Shown: piece after piece, positions 37,851 to 51,481 of the stretch | How positions within the stretch are numbered: the first letter of the stretch is position 1 | Layout of the letters: each line of letters begins with the position of its first letter | From: Felis catus | Taxonomy: Eukaryota | DNA length: 64,000 nucleotides | Assembly (NCBI RefSeq): GCF_018350175.1 | Contig: NC_058368.1 | Coordinates: 30,630,001-30,694,000, forward strand | Reading direction: 5' to 3' | Made by a program: the position numbers and the translations under genes | The notes under the pieces: generated by a model | Database searches by the model: none | What the model was told of the DNA's origin: nothing | The model's input: the letters and a program-made list of their open reading frames with translations, nothing else

Positions 37851-38812
37851 TCAGACAGCACCCCTCTCCCAAGGAAAAGACTTTGTGGTCTTCTCTGGAC
37901 AATCCCAACTGCAACCAGATCTTTCTTTGTAGCCGGTGAATTCAACCACAGCTCGGTCATTTCCCGCTGCTTGTAGGTCATTGCCTGTCACAGTGGCAGG
38001 CAGAATTGATCCAGGAAGTATCTCCATCTATCAGTAAGACAGCCAGAATGACTCGATCATTCGTGCCCAGTCACGATCCAGTCACTTTGATAGGAAGACA
38101 GCCCCTGCCACAATGTCGTCCTCTTGCTTCATTTGCACCCAGCTCTGGTTTTGAAGTGGGGGAGGGGTGGGGAAGGCAAATTGTAACTATCGCTATTCCA
38201 CTTCATACTTTATGTTTTAAACTGTCACATACATTTTTGAGCATAATTATAAGTCAGTAAATTTTATTGGCATGAAGAGATAACTTTACAGTTTTAAAAA
38301 GATGAATTTATTTTTGGTTGCTGAATCAAATGCAATTTAAAGTTTCAGGATGTTTACATTTTATTAGTAACAAATTGATAGCACATGGGTTTCTTTCTGT
38401 TTCTTACAAAGTCAGCAGACCTACTTTCACTCTATTTTGTTCTATTATCAGAGGAGTTTTTTGATACGTGTATAAGCAAATATTTTCTTATAGTGCAGCA
38501 GAACTGAGATGCTAAAATGTTTTAACAAATCAGGTTTTCCAGTTAATTTGGGTTTATTCAAACCCAAGATACTGAATGTCTTTGATTACTCAGGGGTATT
38601 TCTAGATATGAGACATCCTAAGATTGTATTTCAGCACATTCATCTGCATATCATGAAGTTTTCATAAGTACAAACTTTTTCTTGAGTTTCACAGGACTAA
38701 TCTCAATTTAGACCAGCACGCTTACTTATCACCAGTTTGCTTTATAAATCTTTTAAGTAAAAAAACAGTAAGTGAATAGCTAATATTTACTGAATACCTA
38801 ACTCATTGTATG

Positions 38813-39008
38813 TAGAGATGCCATATTTAGGGAGTAAAAGTGCAAGACTGACAGTTACATTTAAATTTCAGATAGTAATGGATAGTTCTTTAGTATACAT
38901 AGGTCTCAACAATATTTCAGGCATGTGTATACTAACAATTATTCATTGTTTATGAAACAATGAAATTCAAGTGTAATTGGATGTTTTGCGTTTTATGTGG
39001 CAACCCTA
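38813..39008. mobile_element. MER53 palindromic hAT MITE, inserted in a MIR
   Basis: Termini tagagatgcca...tggcaacccta, internal dyad symmetry, 8-bp TSD attgtatg/attatatg. Confidence 0.9.
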
Positions 39009-39016
39009 ATTATATG

Positions 39017-39185
39017 ATTTATGCTATTTTTTTTTTACAAGTTGGTGTAATTAACCCCATTTCACAGACAGTACAGGCTACCATTATGAGACTTTAAAGA
39101 ACTTACCCAAAGGTCATAAGCTAGTATGTGAAAGAAGGGTTTGTACCCAGGTCTGCTGAACTTCAGAGCTGAAGCTCTCATTCCT
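39017..39185 (-). mobile_element. MIR (remainder lies at ~38775-38812)
   Basis: ccccatttcacaga...aacttacccaaaggtcataagctagta...acccaggtctg. Confidence 0.7.
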
Positions 39186-39507
39186 TTCCTTCACATTAAG
39201 TTCCTAGAATTGGAATTTGGGGATGAAAAGTAACAGAGATTTTTAAAGGCTTTTGATTATTACCAATTTGCCTTCTAGAATGTGAACAGATTTATACTTT
39301 TACCAATATCTATTTCCCTGAACCTGTACCAACACTGGCATGATTTTCAAAAATCTTCACTAGTTTAATAAAGCATAGACTAACCTTTATTGATTATTCA
39401 CTTGATTTTGGTGAAATTGTTCATTTACAAGACTATTAGTATTCTGTTTGAGAGGTTCTTATTTTTTAAAGTTGAAAATCTGAAAGCCAGCAGGTATAAT
39501 GTTTCTG

Positions 39508-39697
39508 CAGCTTGAGTCTCAGACTTGAGTGTGCATCAGAGTCACCTGAGGGCTTGGGAAAGCACAGATTTCTCCTTCCCACTTTGAGAATTTCTGATTC
39601 AGCAAGTCTTGGGTGAGGCCAGAGAATTCTCATTTCTAACAAGTTTCCAGGTGATGTTGATGCTGTCATTCTGGGAACCATACTTGGAGCACCACAG
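39508..39697 (-). mobile_element. MER5A DNA transposon
   Basis: tgcatcagagtcacctgagggctt...ttctgattcagcaagtct...catttctaacaagtttccaggtgatgttgatgctg. Confidence 0.92.
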
Positions 39698-40122
39698 GCT
39701 TGTTGGACGGGCCTAAAGCTCATAGTACAAAGAATAGCTACATATGCCATTCATTGGGTAGCATTACACTTGCTACCGATCGCAAAGTTAGAACCCCATG
39801 CAGGACAAGAGAACTGCTGTAATCAAAATCTGAGTATCAAGCTTGATAGAGGACAGGTCCTTATGGTTAATTGTAAATAATGCAGTAAAACAGTTTTTCA
39901 GCTAATTTGTCAAAGATAAATAATAAAAGCATCAGCTCTTTAGGCTATGGATAGAACTTTAGTATTTGTCTCCACTGTACAAAAACCAAACTCTGAGTGT
40001 ATGAAGAACAATGGCACACCTTTCCCTAAGTGGTTCAGAGAAGCCATCACCAAATACATATATATTTGGTGTGCTTTTAGTTGAGCACAGCCTTCAGGTA
40101 AGTACTGGTCAGGAAGTAATTA

Positions 40123-40549
40123 CAGATCTTCCTCAGCTTATGCTGGGGTTATGTCCTGATAAACCCATTGTTAAGTTGAAAAGTTGACCAGAAGTCAAAA
40201 GTGCATTTAATACATCTCATCTACCAAACATCATAGCTTAGCCTACCTTAAATCTGCTCAGAACACTCCCATTAGTGGGCAAAATCGTCCAACACAAAGC
40301 CTATTTTATAATAAAGTATTAAAAATCTCGTGTAACGTATCAAATATGGTACTGAAGTTCAAAAACAAAACCAGAATGGTTGCAGCTGTATTGGTTGTTG
40401 ACCCTTCTGATCTTCTCTGCCAATGCCCGGTATCAGGAGAGAGGATGGTACTACATATCGCTAGCCTGGGAAAAGATCAAAATTAAAGCATGGCTTCCAC
40501 TGAATTCCTGTCACTTTCACACCATTGTAAAGTCAAAACATCCTAAGTC
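40123..40549 (+). mobile_element. Tigger5/MER47-family DNA transposon
   Basis: TA then cagatcttcctcagcttatgctggggttatgtcctgataaaccc; acacaaagcctattttataataaag; right TIR missing. Confidence 0.85.
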
Positions 40550-40589
40550 CTTGACCTTCAGTCCTTGATGCTAGGAAAATGTACCTTTC

Positions 40590-40695
40590 TGAGCTCTGTG
40601 GACAGGGACCATGACTGTCTTGGTCATTGCTGCATTATCCGCATTTAGCACAGTGCTGACAGGGTATCGGAGGTCATTGAATGTACGATGAGTGA
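40590..40695 (+). mobile_element. L2 3' end fragment
   Basis: gagctctgtggacagggaccatg...ttagcacagtgctgaca. Confidence 0.6.
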
Positions 40696-41583
40696 CTATG
40701 GGAAAGAGTTCTAAGTTCCCTCAAGCTTTGGCTCAAGATCGTTTCAGGTTTTACTTATTTTGTAAGGGGTCTGTGAAAGGGGGAAATAAAGAGGTAACTT
40801 GCCAAGAATAAGGAATGTAACTAGTTCTGGGGTGATATCCTTTAACAGAGTGAAGGGAAGACTTGATATCTTTGTAGAATAAGATAAAGTAAGTGAAAAT
40901 ATCATAATGCCTGACCTGAGAATGGGGGCCTCAGAAGAAACTTCTTCCTCTTAGGCAGAGCAGGATGAGTTTTAGAAAAGGCAGGAATATGTTAAAGGTT
41001 TTGCTCTGTATTTTGGGTCAGAATAGCAGGGATTTTGTTCATTGGTAGTAATGACAGAGAGACTCCTATAAATAGGACTTTTCTAAGGCACTGAGCCTTA
41101 TACCTTGGAGGGGCGAAATGGCTCAAGGGATAACTTCGGGAGAGAAACCTGGCCAGTATCATCTGAAGTGAGGAGTACTTTGTTACTGCTCAGCACCCTA
41201 TATGTGCTTCTGACCTCTGGCTGATTAAAACCCAGCAAGAGGTTTACTTACATCAGGACCCTACTATGAGGCTTGTATGCCTCTGATAATTTTGCATGTT
41301 ATAGAAAAAGTTCCTTTTAATCAGTCAGAAAAAAAAATCATAGTATCCTTATCCCCTTTCGTTCTTGTTCATTTGACGTCTGTGTCTTGGCCTTAAAGAC
41401 CTCCATTCCCCAGTGACTTCCCATGGCTGACCAGTTCCTTGACATGGAACATTGTCCCTTGATGACTTATTGACTTGGTTCCTTTGGCATCCATGTTTTG
41501 TTATAGCTCAAGTTAGGCTGCGTGCCTTGCTATTCACTGGGCATACAATAACTTTTCTTGGAATCGTGACTACACACACTGCT

Positions 41584-41676
41584 TTTTTTTTTTTTTTTTT
41601 TTTTTTTTGCTTTTTTCTTTTGGTTTTGTTTTGTTGTTGTTGTTTGTTTTTTTTTCTTTTCTTTTTTTTTTTTTTT
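41584..41676. repeat. T-rich low-complexity tract
   Basis: Poly-T, (TTG)n and T-rich runs. Confidence 0.95.
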
Positions 41677-41799
41677 ACCTCTGTCAGTCTTCCACCTTCA
41701 CCTTCACATTTACCTACCTCTTCCCATCACTTATTTTTTAACTTGGAGTTTCCCTTACCTGCTGTCTCTTGACTTTCCCACCTTCACCCTTCTGTTAAA

Positions 41800-42031
41800 T
41801 GGAGCACTCTTTCTTGTGTTTCCCTAGTGCTCACTTTTACCATAATATTAATTGTATGGTATCATTGCATTATACATACTTGTTTTCTAGTTTACTTCTA
41901 CCATTAGCCCTGGAAGATTTATGAAGTCAAGGACAGAGTTTCAGTCATCATTATTCATTGGATTCCAGACACTCAGTAAGCATTATAGATGTTCACGGCA
42001 TCACAGTTGAATGAATACACAAATGAATGAA
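41800..42031 (+). mobile_element. L2 3' end
   Basis: Ends gttgaatgaatacacaaatgaatgaa. Confidence 0.6.
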
Positions 42032-42184
42032 GGCAGCAGAGCCAAGAAGCCATATGTGTTTGAAGAAGTGGTTTGAGAGGGGGAAAAATAGTCATGAGCG
42101 AAATTGGCACAGTGGACAGGACCAGAATATAATCTTCTACTGATCTGTCTTTCAAAACTCTGCTGTTTTCTTACCTTTAAATAG

Positions 42185-42676
42185 AAACTGCATTCTTCGT
42201 TGCAAAAAACAAAACCTATCCCATTTAAGGTGAAAGGGATCTTATAAAGGATAGTAGGAGGCATCCATGTTTTCCAAGAGGAAAAAAAGTTAAACTTAGG
42301 CGGTCAGCCAGGAACTATGCCCGTATTACACATTAGGCTGTCCCACAGGAAACTCTGCTGCCATTGACCCCAGGCACAGGTGACTTACATCAGGGCCTCT
42401 GAGCATGAGAGTCCCTGCTTAGACCTCTACCGTAGCTGCCTCTGGGAACTGAACACCCTTCTGCCCTTTGCCCCTTCGCATGATTCTGCCCTCTTTACAT
42501 CATTTCCTCCCTAAGAAGTCTCAGGAGCATGTTTCTGACTATCCCTCCTACAGAACCTGCATATCTGTGTCCCAGCTATAAGGGAGACTGGCAAAAGTCT
42601 TCCAGGAGGGAATCAAGACTCACAGGTAGAAAGTAACAAAACCTAGAAGATGTGAATAAGACAAATGTCCACTATA
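42185..42676 (-). mobile_element. Old MaLR LTR (MLT1K/L/N-like)
   Basis: ccagctataagggagactgg block and aaatgtccactata terminus. Confidence 0.6.
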
Positions 42677-43699
42677 CTACCTTGACATGCATGGGAGCTG
42701 GAGGTTACATTAAGTAGCTTTTTGAAATCCTTTTCTTGTAGGGCTCTGTGGCATCCATTAGTTTTTACAGCTGGCCTTCATAGAGCCTATTTTTGAGTTT
42801 TGAATAGACAGTTTTTTTTTACACAGATTATTGCATCTTTTTTTATGGCTCCTAACATCTCAGTGCTGATGTTCTCTCCTCTATTGCTCTTTGGAAGACA
42901 TACCAGTAAGTATTTTGCTCTCATTCTGTGATCTCTTAGAATGCCCTGATAACCCCCAATTTTTTTTTTATTCAGTTTGAACAGTGTTATTGACATTTTA
43001 AAAGTGAACAAGTTGACACTGAAATTACATAAATGATGGCAAATAGCAGAAGTTCACATTTGGTCATATCCCAAGCACTTGATGGCTATGTCTGAACCTA
43101 GGATCTTAAGGGAATATAAAGGCCAAAATTAAGGGCTGACATAGGTAAAGAAGGATTGGGTGGTAATTTTAGCCTTTAGAGCCTCTCAAGGAGTTCTAAG
43201 GATGCCCACTTAAAAGGTGAAATTAGAAAATAAAGAAGAAAGTTCCACTAGGTTTGATTTTTTCTTTCTTTTTTTTTTTTACTTCGCTTTCCCCAAGCAG
43301 TTTTGTGTGTTTGACTTGGAGTTAGTTGCGTCTCATGATAGCTGTTGAAGTCAGTGGAGCTGGGTTACTCCTCAGCATGCTCACCAATAAACATTTGCTT
43401 TAAACAAACACACCATCCTCCAAATTACCTTCTTTCTCCCTATGCAGTCAATATTCTGGTAAGATCATAAATCTGAAGAGAAATTATTCAGCCAAACTCT
43501 TCTGTTTTATTAGCTAAAGAGAATAAAGGGTAAGATGGTGGGTGGGGGAGGCGAGGAGGCATTCTCAAATCTCTCAGCAGAACCAGATTTTCCAATGCAG
43601 TGTCTGCAACACCACTTTTCCCCTTACAAATTGACATCCATTGTCTCTATTGTTGCCTACTTACTGCTCTCGATAGTGCTCTCAGGTCACAAGAATGTC

Positions 43700-43970
43700 A
43701 AGTACTGTGGCATTTTCTTAGGACTCAGGCCACTTTACCGGTGAACTACATTCCTGTTTTGCCTTTTACCCAGAATTGTATGGCATTTGCCTTGCCTTTA
43801 TTTCCAACTCTGTACTTGACTCTGCCTCCTTCTTTTGTTTCAAAAAGTGGGTATTTCCAGAGTTCTACCCCTGGTTCTTTCCCCAGCATTCTGTGCACAT
43901 TGACAATCAGATATTGAACCGTCTCCAAGTCTTCAATAACCACATCTACTTAGATGATTTCCCAAATTTA
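43700..43970 (+). mobile_element. L2 reverse-transcriptase-region remnant
   Basis: tcaataaccacatctacttagatgatttcccaaat resembles the L2 YADD-encoding block. Confidence 0.5.
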
Positions 43971-43994
43971 TGCCATACCATTACTATCTGAATA

Positions 43995-44228
43995 TGGTTG
44001 TTCAAGATTTAGGAGATTTGTCCAAGCTGGGTGGTTATTTCCCAGATCTAACCATTATTAGCTGGGCAAGCTATTCAGCCTCTTTGGGCCTCAATTTCTC
44101 CCCTAGAATATGAATATTGAAAAAGTACACCTACCTTATAAGTTGTATGAAGATTCACAGTACCTAATAAAATTGTTAATGCTTAGACAAGTGGTTAACA
44201 TAGTTAAGTGCCATATACATGTTTGCTG
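43995..44228 (+). mobile_element. MIR, near full length
   Basis: tgggcaagctattcagcctctttgggcctcaatttctc...aatgcttagacaagtggttaacatagttaagtg. Confidence 0.8.
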
Positions 44229-45414
44229 AATCAAATGAAACATTGATGCGGAAGTCATAAACATATAGGTGATAAAGTGGTAGACATGGAAGGAAAACAG
44301 ACCAGGAGAGCCTCAGAAATGAATGTAAGGTCAAGGAGTAGAAGGGGAGACCACATAGTGAAATATCCTATACTGTACCCTATGGTAATGGATATTCTTA
44401 TGCTTTCCACCCTCCTGACAGCTTAGTTCATCCTGCTCCCTCTGACTGGATTATCACTCACCATCATGTGCACTTGTTTGACATAATACAAATCCTGCTT
44501 GTTCTTCAGAGGTCATTCCAACTTGTTTCCTCACTAAAGGACTTTGTGCTGAGGTCACCATCCCTGTTTTTAGAACCATCTTCACATTGAAGCCTATTGC
44601 TATCTGAGTATCTTCCTAAGTTATATGGAAAATTTCTTAGGGTATAAAGTTCATATCCTACATAAGTTTGTCTTCCTCGGGCCCCCTGATGTCCTATCTT
44701 CCCTATGGTTGGCATTTAGTTTTCAAATAACCATCAAATAAATGAGTCACATTATGAATTGCTATAGGTTATGGAGGATGGAGTGGGTGAATAGTGAAAA
44801 TGAGCAAGTCAGGCCACTGTCTTCCTCCCCACAGTCAGTAGGTGATATAACACAGCTGAAATAATTTAACACAGGTGACTATGTCAGCCAATATTTCCGT
44901 GTTTTCCTGACAACTATTACTTAGTTCTTATAAAGAAATCTTAGAGTTGATGCCTTAGAATTTTTCTGACCCAGTCCTCTCCTTTTTCTGAGGAGGAAGC
45001 TGGGTGTGGAGAAATCAAAAGCCTATGTGAAGTCCCCCTGGGGAGTTATTGACAGGCAGCGGGAGTCATAGAGACTGGGCACCTCAGGTTGCTTCAGCTG
45101 CTTCATAGTGTTTAAAAATCTCTGAGCCTATTTGTTTTTACTTATGGTAGTTGTCTATTATCTGTGGAATTAGCTGAATATCTGTGTAGTCTTGTAAGCA
45201 ACTGAATGGGTGTTCAAAGTAACTGTCATGGATTTTTCCAGTAGTAGGATTCAGCAGTGGTGATGTTGTCTACATGAAGCTCACCTAAAGTGACATTACT
45301 GATGCTAAATGACTGTGCGGGAGATGGTTGGTCCAGGGTGGGGATCTAGATCTCTTGCTTCTTCATCTGGGGGTGTTTATTATACTATGTTACTGGTGAC
45401 TTGGTGCATCTCCT

Positions 45415-45774
45415 AGACTAAAGATTAGGCTACTTGATGTAAACCCCAAAATTTCAGTGGCTTTATAAAATAGCACTATTATTTCTTGCCTCTGTCCCAA
45501 TCCAATGCAAGGCAAGGAGGAGGAGCTCTAATCAATTCAGTCCTCTGTGGACCCAGGTACTTACCAACTTGTCCTCTTGATCCAGCTACAGGAAAGTTGA
45601 GGGTCACGCCAGAGGATCTGTGGGAGCAAAGTGGCCAATTGGAGGATCTTCCTCCAGCCTTCATTCCTCCAGTCAGATTTTACCCCCATAGCCAGAATTG
45701 TCCAGAAACGTATCACAGCTGAGTGCACAGGAGGGAAATGGAAGTCGGTGAATAAACAAGCTGTTTCTCTTACA
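45415..45774 (-). mobile_element. Old MaLR LTR (MLT1I/J-like)
   Basis: aaaccccaaaatttcagtggctt...ttatttcttg start and ggtgaataaacaagctgtttctcttaca end. Confidence 0.55.
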
Positions 45775-47443
45775 AATACTATTTTTTAAAACTTCCAAAG
45801 TGCAATGCCTGTAAATGATCCTGTTTGATCTTAGTCTGGGGGAGATTGCAGGTCAGGGGAATTGTATTTGCCTATATAAGGCTTTCTCCCGTGCTGTTAG
45901 CATACATTCTTGAAACAATTGCTAAGACAAGCTGTACCACAAACGATATCATAAAAACTTCTAGCTACCTGGCTTTAATTTTTCAGTTTTTAATCAGGGA
46001 TACCACATTTCTTTCAGGAGGTCCTATTAGTAGGATGATTCAACTAATGTTCTGCACTTTTTGTGTGTTAACACAAATGTGAAACTAAAAATGTGTCATT
46101 TGCCCATTTTTCATTGCGTTCAATGATTTTAGTTCTAATTAACTACATTAATTTATTTGGTTTAAAATTTTTAAATGCCAAACATTAAAAAGTAAAAGTT
46201 GGCATGCCTGAAAATGTCTTGAACAATTAGGTTGGTTCTTAAAACCACTATGTCTGTTAGATGAATGTAAGTGTTTCATATGACTTGGAAAACATAACAG
46301 AGAAAATAGAACATTGCTTAAATACCCTGAGCGTCACAAGAGTATATCAGGACCACTATTTAAAAAACAAAAAACAAAAAAAACAAAAAAACACTGCTAC
46401 ATCCCATACTCGGACAAGAATTCAAAGTGTTTCATCATATCATTGGATATATACACTAGAAATTCACAATTCCCACCTTAACTCTTTATGGAATTAATGT
46501 GTTAAAAATGTGATAAGTAATGCAGGAAATCATAAATGTTGCTTTTTAGGAAATGAGTTGATTTAAAATGACAAAGTGACTTTGGAAGCAGAATACGGAA
46601 TAATTTAGAGCTTATTAAAAGGATAATACATTATTTAAAGAATATAAAAATGTACAGAATTTTTAGACAGAAATATAATGAAGATATGTACAGTTAACAT
46701 ACAAATTTTACTTTTACTAGTAGTCCTGTAAAAGTGATTTTCATTAAAACTCCATGTAGTTAGCATTTTTCTTTTTAGAATACCAAAGAAAATTAGAAAA
46801 TAGGATAGTTGTACTTAGGTTTTGTATTAAAGTAACACTAAGATGTTCTTAAAATTTTAAAAGAAATTAAAATGATGCTTACAAAATACCCTAAAATCAA
46901 ATTTAGTGTTACAAAAAGATATTGGGTCATGGAGAACAAAATGCCTTATTGGGCTTAGTTACTTCAGTAACAACATTCTATTTGGATTCTAAAAAGATGT
47001 TAATTCCCCTTAGTGAACAAAAGTTCTTTTGAATATGATATTGCTTCTATTTTTATGCTGTTAGAGGCCAAAATATTTTTTTTATTCTTTATTACAAGCA
47101 CTATTCAGAAAGTTAAGAGCATGAGCTCAGTGTTTGAGTATCTTTCAACCAACAGAGCACTATCATTATCCACCTCCTGAGGTATTTCTTTTTCTCGCTG
47201 AAACCCTCTGCCAACCAAGGAAGGCCCATTAATCTACTTCACAGACCCAACAATGTTATTCTTTTTGAATCAATGAGGCAGAGCTACATTACATGTGTTA
47301 GTAGTTATATATGGATTTAGGCTAAGTAGCCTATTTATCTGTGTTCTCATTCAGCCATTTTGTGTTATGGCATTTAAAAAAAAAAGTAAAAAAACAAATT
47401 CAGGTACTGTATAAAAATACAAATAATTAAAAGTAACTTATGT

Positions 47444-47616
47444 GGGGTGCCTGGGTGGCTCAGTCCATTAAGCATCCGACTCTTGATTTTGGTTCAGGTC
47501 ATGATCTCAGGCCATGAGATCAAGCTCCGTGTAGGGCTTCATGCTGGGCATGGAGACTGCTTAAGATTCTCTCTCCCTCTGCCATTCCTCAACTCACACA
47601 AGCTCATACTCTCTCT

Positions 47617-47648
<32 letters not shown>
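47444..47648 (+). mobile_element. Carnivore SINE (older subtype) with A~31 tail
   Basis: ggggtgcctgggtggctcag head, gactcttgattttgg, ctgcttaagattctctc; no clear TSD. Confidence 0.95.
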
Positions 47649-47652
<4 letters not shown>

Positions 47653-48489
47653 ACAAACAGCAGTCTATTCAACAACCTCCCATAGCTGAAACAGTTATTT
47701 TTTAAAATATTTACAGCTCTCATATTGCTTCTATAACTATAAATAATCAACATTTGATCTTATATTCTCTTTTAAGGAAGGTGAAGATATAGCTTACCAA
47801 TAATTACCCCATCCATCTCTCTACTTCTTTTCTAAATACAAATTTTTAGATCCTTGTCATCAGTCTGTTGGTTTACTAAGCATACTTAATATGCATAAAC
47901 TTGAACTTCTTGTCCCAGAAAGCCTAGGCTATTTCTCTCCTATAGTATAGATGAGGATATTAAGTACTTGCATTCTTTCTCCCACCTTTCATCAATGATC
48001 AGCATCTATCAGCCATAACTTGACACACTATTAAATCAACACCTTTTAGATTCTTTTCTGTTCCTTTTAGATTATAGAGTTGAAAACTATTAAGTATTTA
48101 CCTTATGATAATGGAAACACTGCTCCCGAGGAAGCAAGCTGGTATGCCATGATGAGATATTCTTATTCTGTTTGTCTAATAACATAAGCCCTGTGAACTC
48201 TATGGAGATGATATCAAAGATCAAGTTCCAACAGATTGTCTTTTCTCACTTTCCATTAATTGATCAAAACTGTGCCACATAGTTTAGCTTGGTTAACATT
48301 GGGTAAAGTTAAATTCTCATTTATTTCATTTTATTTGTTTTTGTTAAATTATAGATTTCCACATTGGATAATGGTTGAGAAGAGTTCCTTGTACCTTCCC
48401 TTGAGGATAATTTTGCCCCTATCTTACTGATTTCCTGTTGTTTCTTTCTAGACTAGCTGTGTAGGCATCTTTTGGAGATTGTTGTTTTT

Positions 48490-48514
48490 TGTGTGTGTGT
48501 GTGTGTGTGTGTGT
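48490..48514. repeat. (TG)~12 microsatellite
   Basis: Direct reading. Confidence 0.97.
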
Positions 48515-49719
48515 TTTTTTTTTTTTTACCACATTCTTACATCCCATGTCTGTTTCCATCCTCAAAAGGTATATGAGAAGTAAGCTCACATTTTTATATA
48601 TCTTATCTTATATCTTATCGCTCACACACACGCAAAAGTACAAATTGATACATTTGTGTGTGTGTGTTGGAAATTTGTCACTTGCTTATTTTGTGACCCT
48701 TCCTCTGATGGAAGCATTGCAGCTCCCTTTGAGCTCAGTGAGTTGTCAGTGTCCAAAAAGATTCTTCCCAACTAGATTACACATTATGTTCCCAAAGTAT
48801 AAATCCCTGATATTTTTTCTTTCTTTAAACTTGCATCCCTACATTGTTCAAATAAAATCATTATAATAATTTTAAAAGTATTTGACAAGCATTTCAGATT
48901 ATACATGATTCTCCTTATATTAATCTCATTTTTTTTAATGGTCAGTGACAACCTTGACTAAGAGAAATTTTAACACAGCACTATATCATAACCACTAATT
49001 TGCCAAATGTTTCTATGAATAGCTTATTAATGTTCTCAGATCCTACCCCGAATCCCTGAATTCTAATCTCTACGGGGGATATCCTGGAAATAGGTACTTT
49101 AGAAAATCTCCCTAGCTGTTTCTAAATATTAGCCAAATTTGATAGGAAAAAAAAAAGGCTACATGATTTGCATCACCACTCATATTCAGACTTTTGGTTA
49201 TTAGTTTATATTTCATGTTTACTTGAGTATTGATTTTTATGTTGATTATCTGATTTATTTACATTGCTTGATTGCAAGGTATGTCATTTTGTACATTGAT
49301 TTGCTTTACTGTGCCATGTGAGTAGAAGGTGAATTTAGTTTTGTGAGCAGTCATAAACTACAACTCGTCAGGACTCAGTATCTATATCTATAGTTATAAG
49401 CAATATGTTCTTTTAGAACCCACAACCAGTGATCAACATTTACTATTTTTATTTCCCTAGTAAAATACTTTTATTATTTAAGAAACTGAAGGAGGGTCTA
49501 CATAAGTGCAGCTGAACCAGATGGAGCTCAGATATTTAGACCTTAGAACATAAGAAATTATTATAGTTCCTCAGAACAGAGGTGCATTCTGATTTCCTAT
49601 CTCTGACAGGGACAGCAAGAAGATTGGGGGCATCAGGTGGTGGTAGTTCCTCATGAAATGAACCTCGAAAGTGACAGGACAGATCCTGAACCCTCCTCTT
49701 TCTTAAATACTGGTCATGG

Positions 49720-49990
49720 ACTAATTGTATCCATGTATTTACCAAATCCCACTTAATTTGTTTCTATTTCTTAGCTCTTCTGCTCTGCACTGTTAATGAA
49801 TTCTGTATTTTTATTACCTACTCTGTAAAATAATAGGGCTTGATTTTTGCCCTAATTTGTTTTCTATAGCTTCAAGGACCGTTCCCTCATGTAAACATCC
49901 TGGATAATTGTGCACGTTTGTGTCCACTTTAGTCACACTGTAATGCTCTTATAGATACCAATACAGCCTTTTCAGACATTTTCTGTAGAG
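49720..49990 (-). mobile_element. Possible CR1/L3 LINE remnant
   Basis: taatgaattctgtatttttattacctactctgtaaaata...cctaatttg...agcttcaagg resembles antisense CR1/L3 ORF2 3' region. Confidence 0.45.
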
Positions 49991-50263
49991 AAGAAAATTG
50001 TTTAGGGATGGAAGCTACTGCATCTCTTTGGCTATTTTAATTTTCTCTTCTGTGGATCTTTCTAAGTCATGTATTTCTTCATTAACGCACTCAACTAATA
50101 GGTACACTGAGTCTTTTGTGTAAGGCTTATTCTTTGGGTTTTATGATGATCACTATTAATGCGTTTATGAGCATTTTATATTTATATGTTCCATGTATTT
50201 AATCAGAAAAATAACTGGCTATGATTTTTGCCCTCTAGAAGCTCTCAACGGAAGACTACCATC

Positions 50264-50531
50264 TTTTTAAAAATTTTTTTTAATGTTTGTTTATTTTGGG
50301 GGGGGAGGGAGAGGGGGGGAGGGAGGGGGGGAGGGAGAGAGAGGGAGGGAGGGAGGGAGAGGGAACTAGTCGGGGAGGGGCAGAGACAGAGAGAGGCCCA
50401 GAATCTGAAAGCAAGTTCCAGGCTCTGAGCTGTGTGCACAGAGCCCGACATGGGGCTCAAACTTAGGAGCCATGAGATCATGACCCCAGCTGAAGCCAGA
50501 CGCTCAACCAACTGAGCCACCCAGGCACCCC
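50264..50531 (-). mobile_element. Carnivore SINE with expanded G/A tract
   Basis: SINE body; the (CT)n region is replaced by a G-rich purine tract at 50298-50363. Confidence 0.95.
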
Positions 50532-50568
50532 AAAGTCTTCTAAAAACTTTCTTGACTAGGAAAAGAAC

Positions 50569-51480
50569 CATTCATTCCTTCATTTTTCATTCCACGCGTG
50601 TCTATTGAGTGTCTATCATGTGTTAGATCAGTATTCTAGGTGTGGGGATGATGAGGTCATTGATGAGGAAAAAAATGTCCGCATTGCACTTATATTCTGT
50701 TTGTGCGGGAGACACAAAAATAAAATTGGACACGTTAACTAATAGTATGATAGGTACTGACAGGAGAAAAAGTAAAGCAGGGAGAATGTGAAATGTTGGA
50801 GGGAGATTGAGGTTTTTGGTAGGTGTCAGGGAAGGCTTCAGAGAGCAGACTTTTGAATGAGGGCCTGCAGCCATTGAGGGAACTGACCTGAGTATTTCAG
50901 GCGAAGGAGAGAGCAGGTGCAAAGACCCTGAAATGGGAGCATGCTGGTTTGAGTGATCGGGATGGTATGGTCTGAGCACAGAGAAGGACAGGGAGTGAAA
51001 AGAGGTAAGGTTGGAAAGATCATGGGAAGTCAGATCACACAGACCTTCCACATAAAAAAATTTGTCTTGTATGCTGATTGAGAAGAGAGATCTCTGGAGG
51101 ATTTTGAGAAAACATTGTTGAGCCTATTTGTAAAAGCATTAGCTTTGCAGTCCCATTCAGGCAAGGATCCAGGGAGTCCAGGAGAGTGGCAAGAAAAGCA
51201 GACCATTGTATTCATCCACGTGACAGATGGTGGTGGTTTGACCAAGGGGATGGGCAGTGGAGTGGTGAGAAAGAGTTAGAGTGCGAGTATATTTAGAAAG
51301 CAGAACTGAGTAGGCTTTTTGAGAAAAAGAGATTTTTAAAGGAATTGTCACGTCTTTTGGCCAAACCAACTAGAAATAAAAGATGCTAACTGAGGTAGGG
51401 AGGATTATAGAATCGATTGGTTTAGTAGGGCATTTTAGGAGTGACTGTATTCGAACCATAGCATAACTGTAATATAGTGA
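50569..51480 (-). mobile_element. L2 3' ~900 bp
   Basis: cattcattcc tail; tcagggaaggcttc, gtgcaaagaccctgaaatgggagcatgctgg, gatggtggtggtttgaccaagg blocks. Confidence 0.88.
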
Positions 51481-51481
51481 G

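Noticed and set aside
41452..41772. Phe-rich, membrane-protein-like ORF (similarly 48489-48866)
   Set aside because: Produced by poly-T and (TG)n low-complexity sequence
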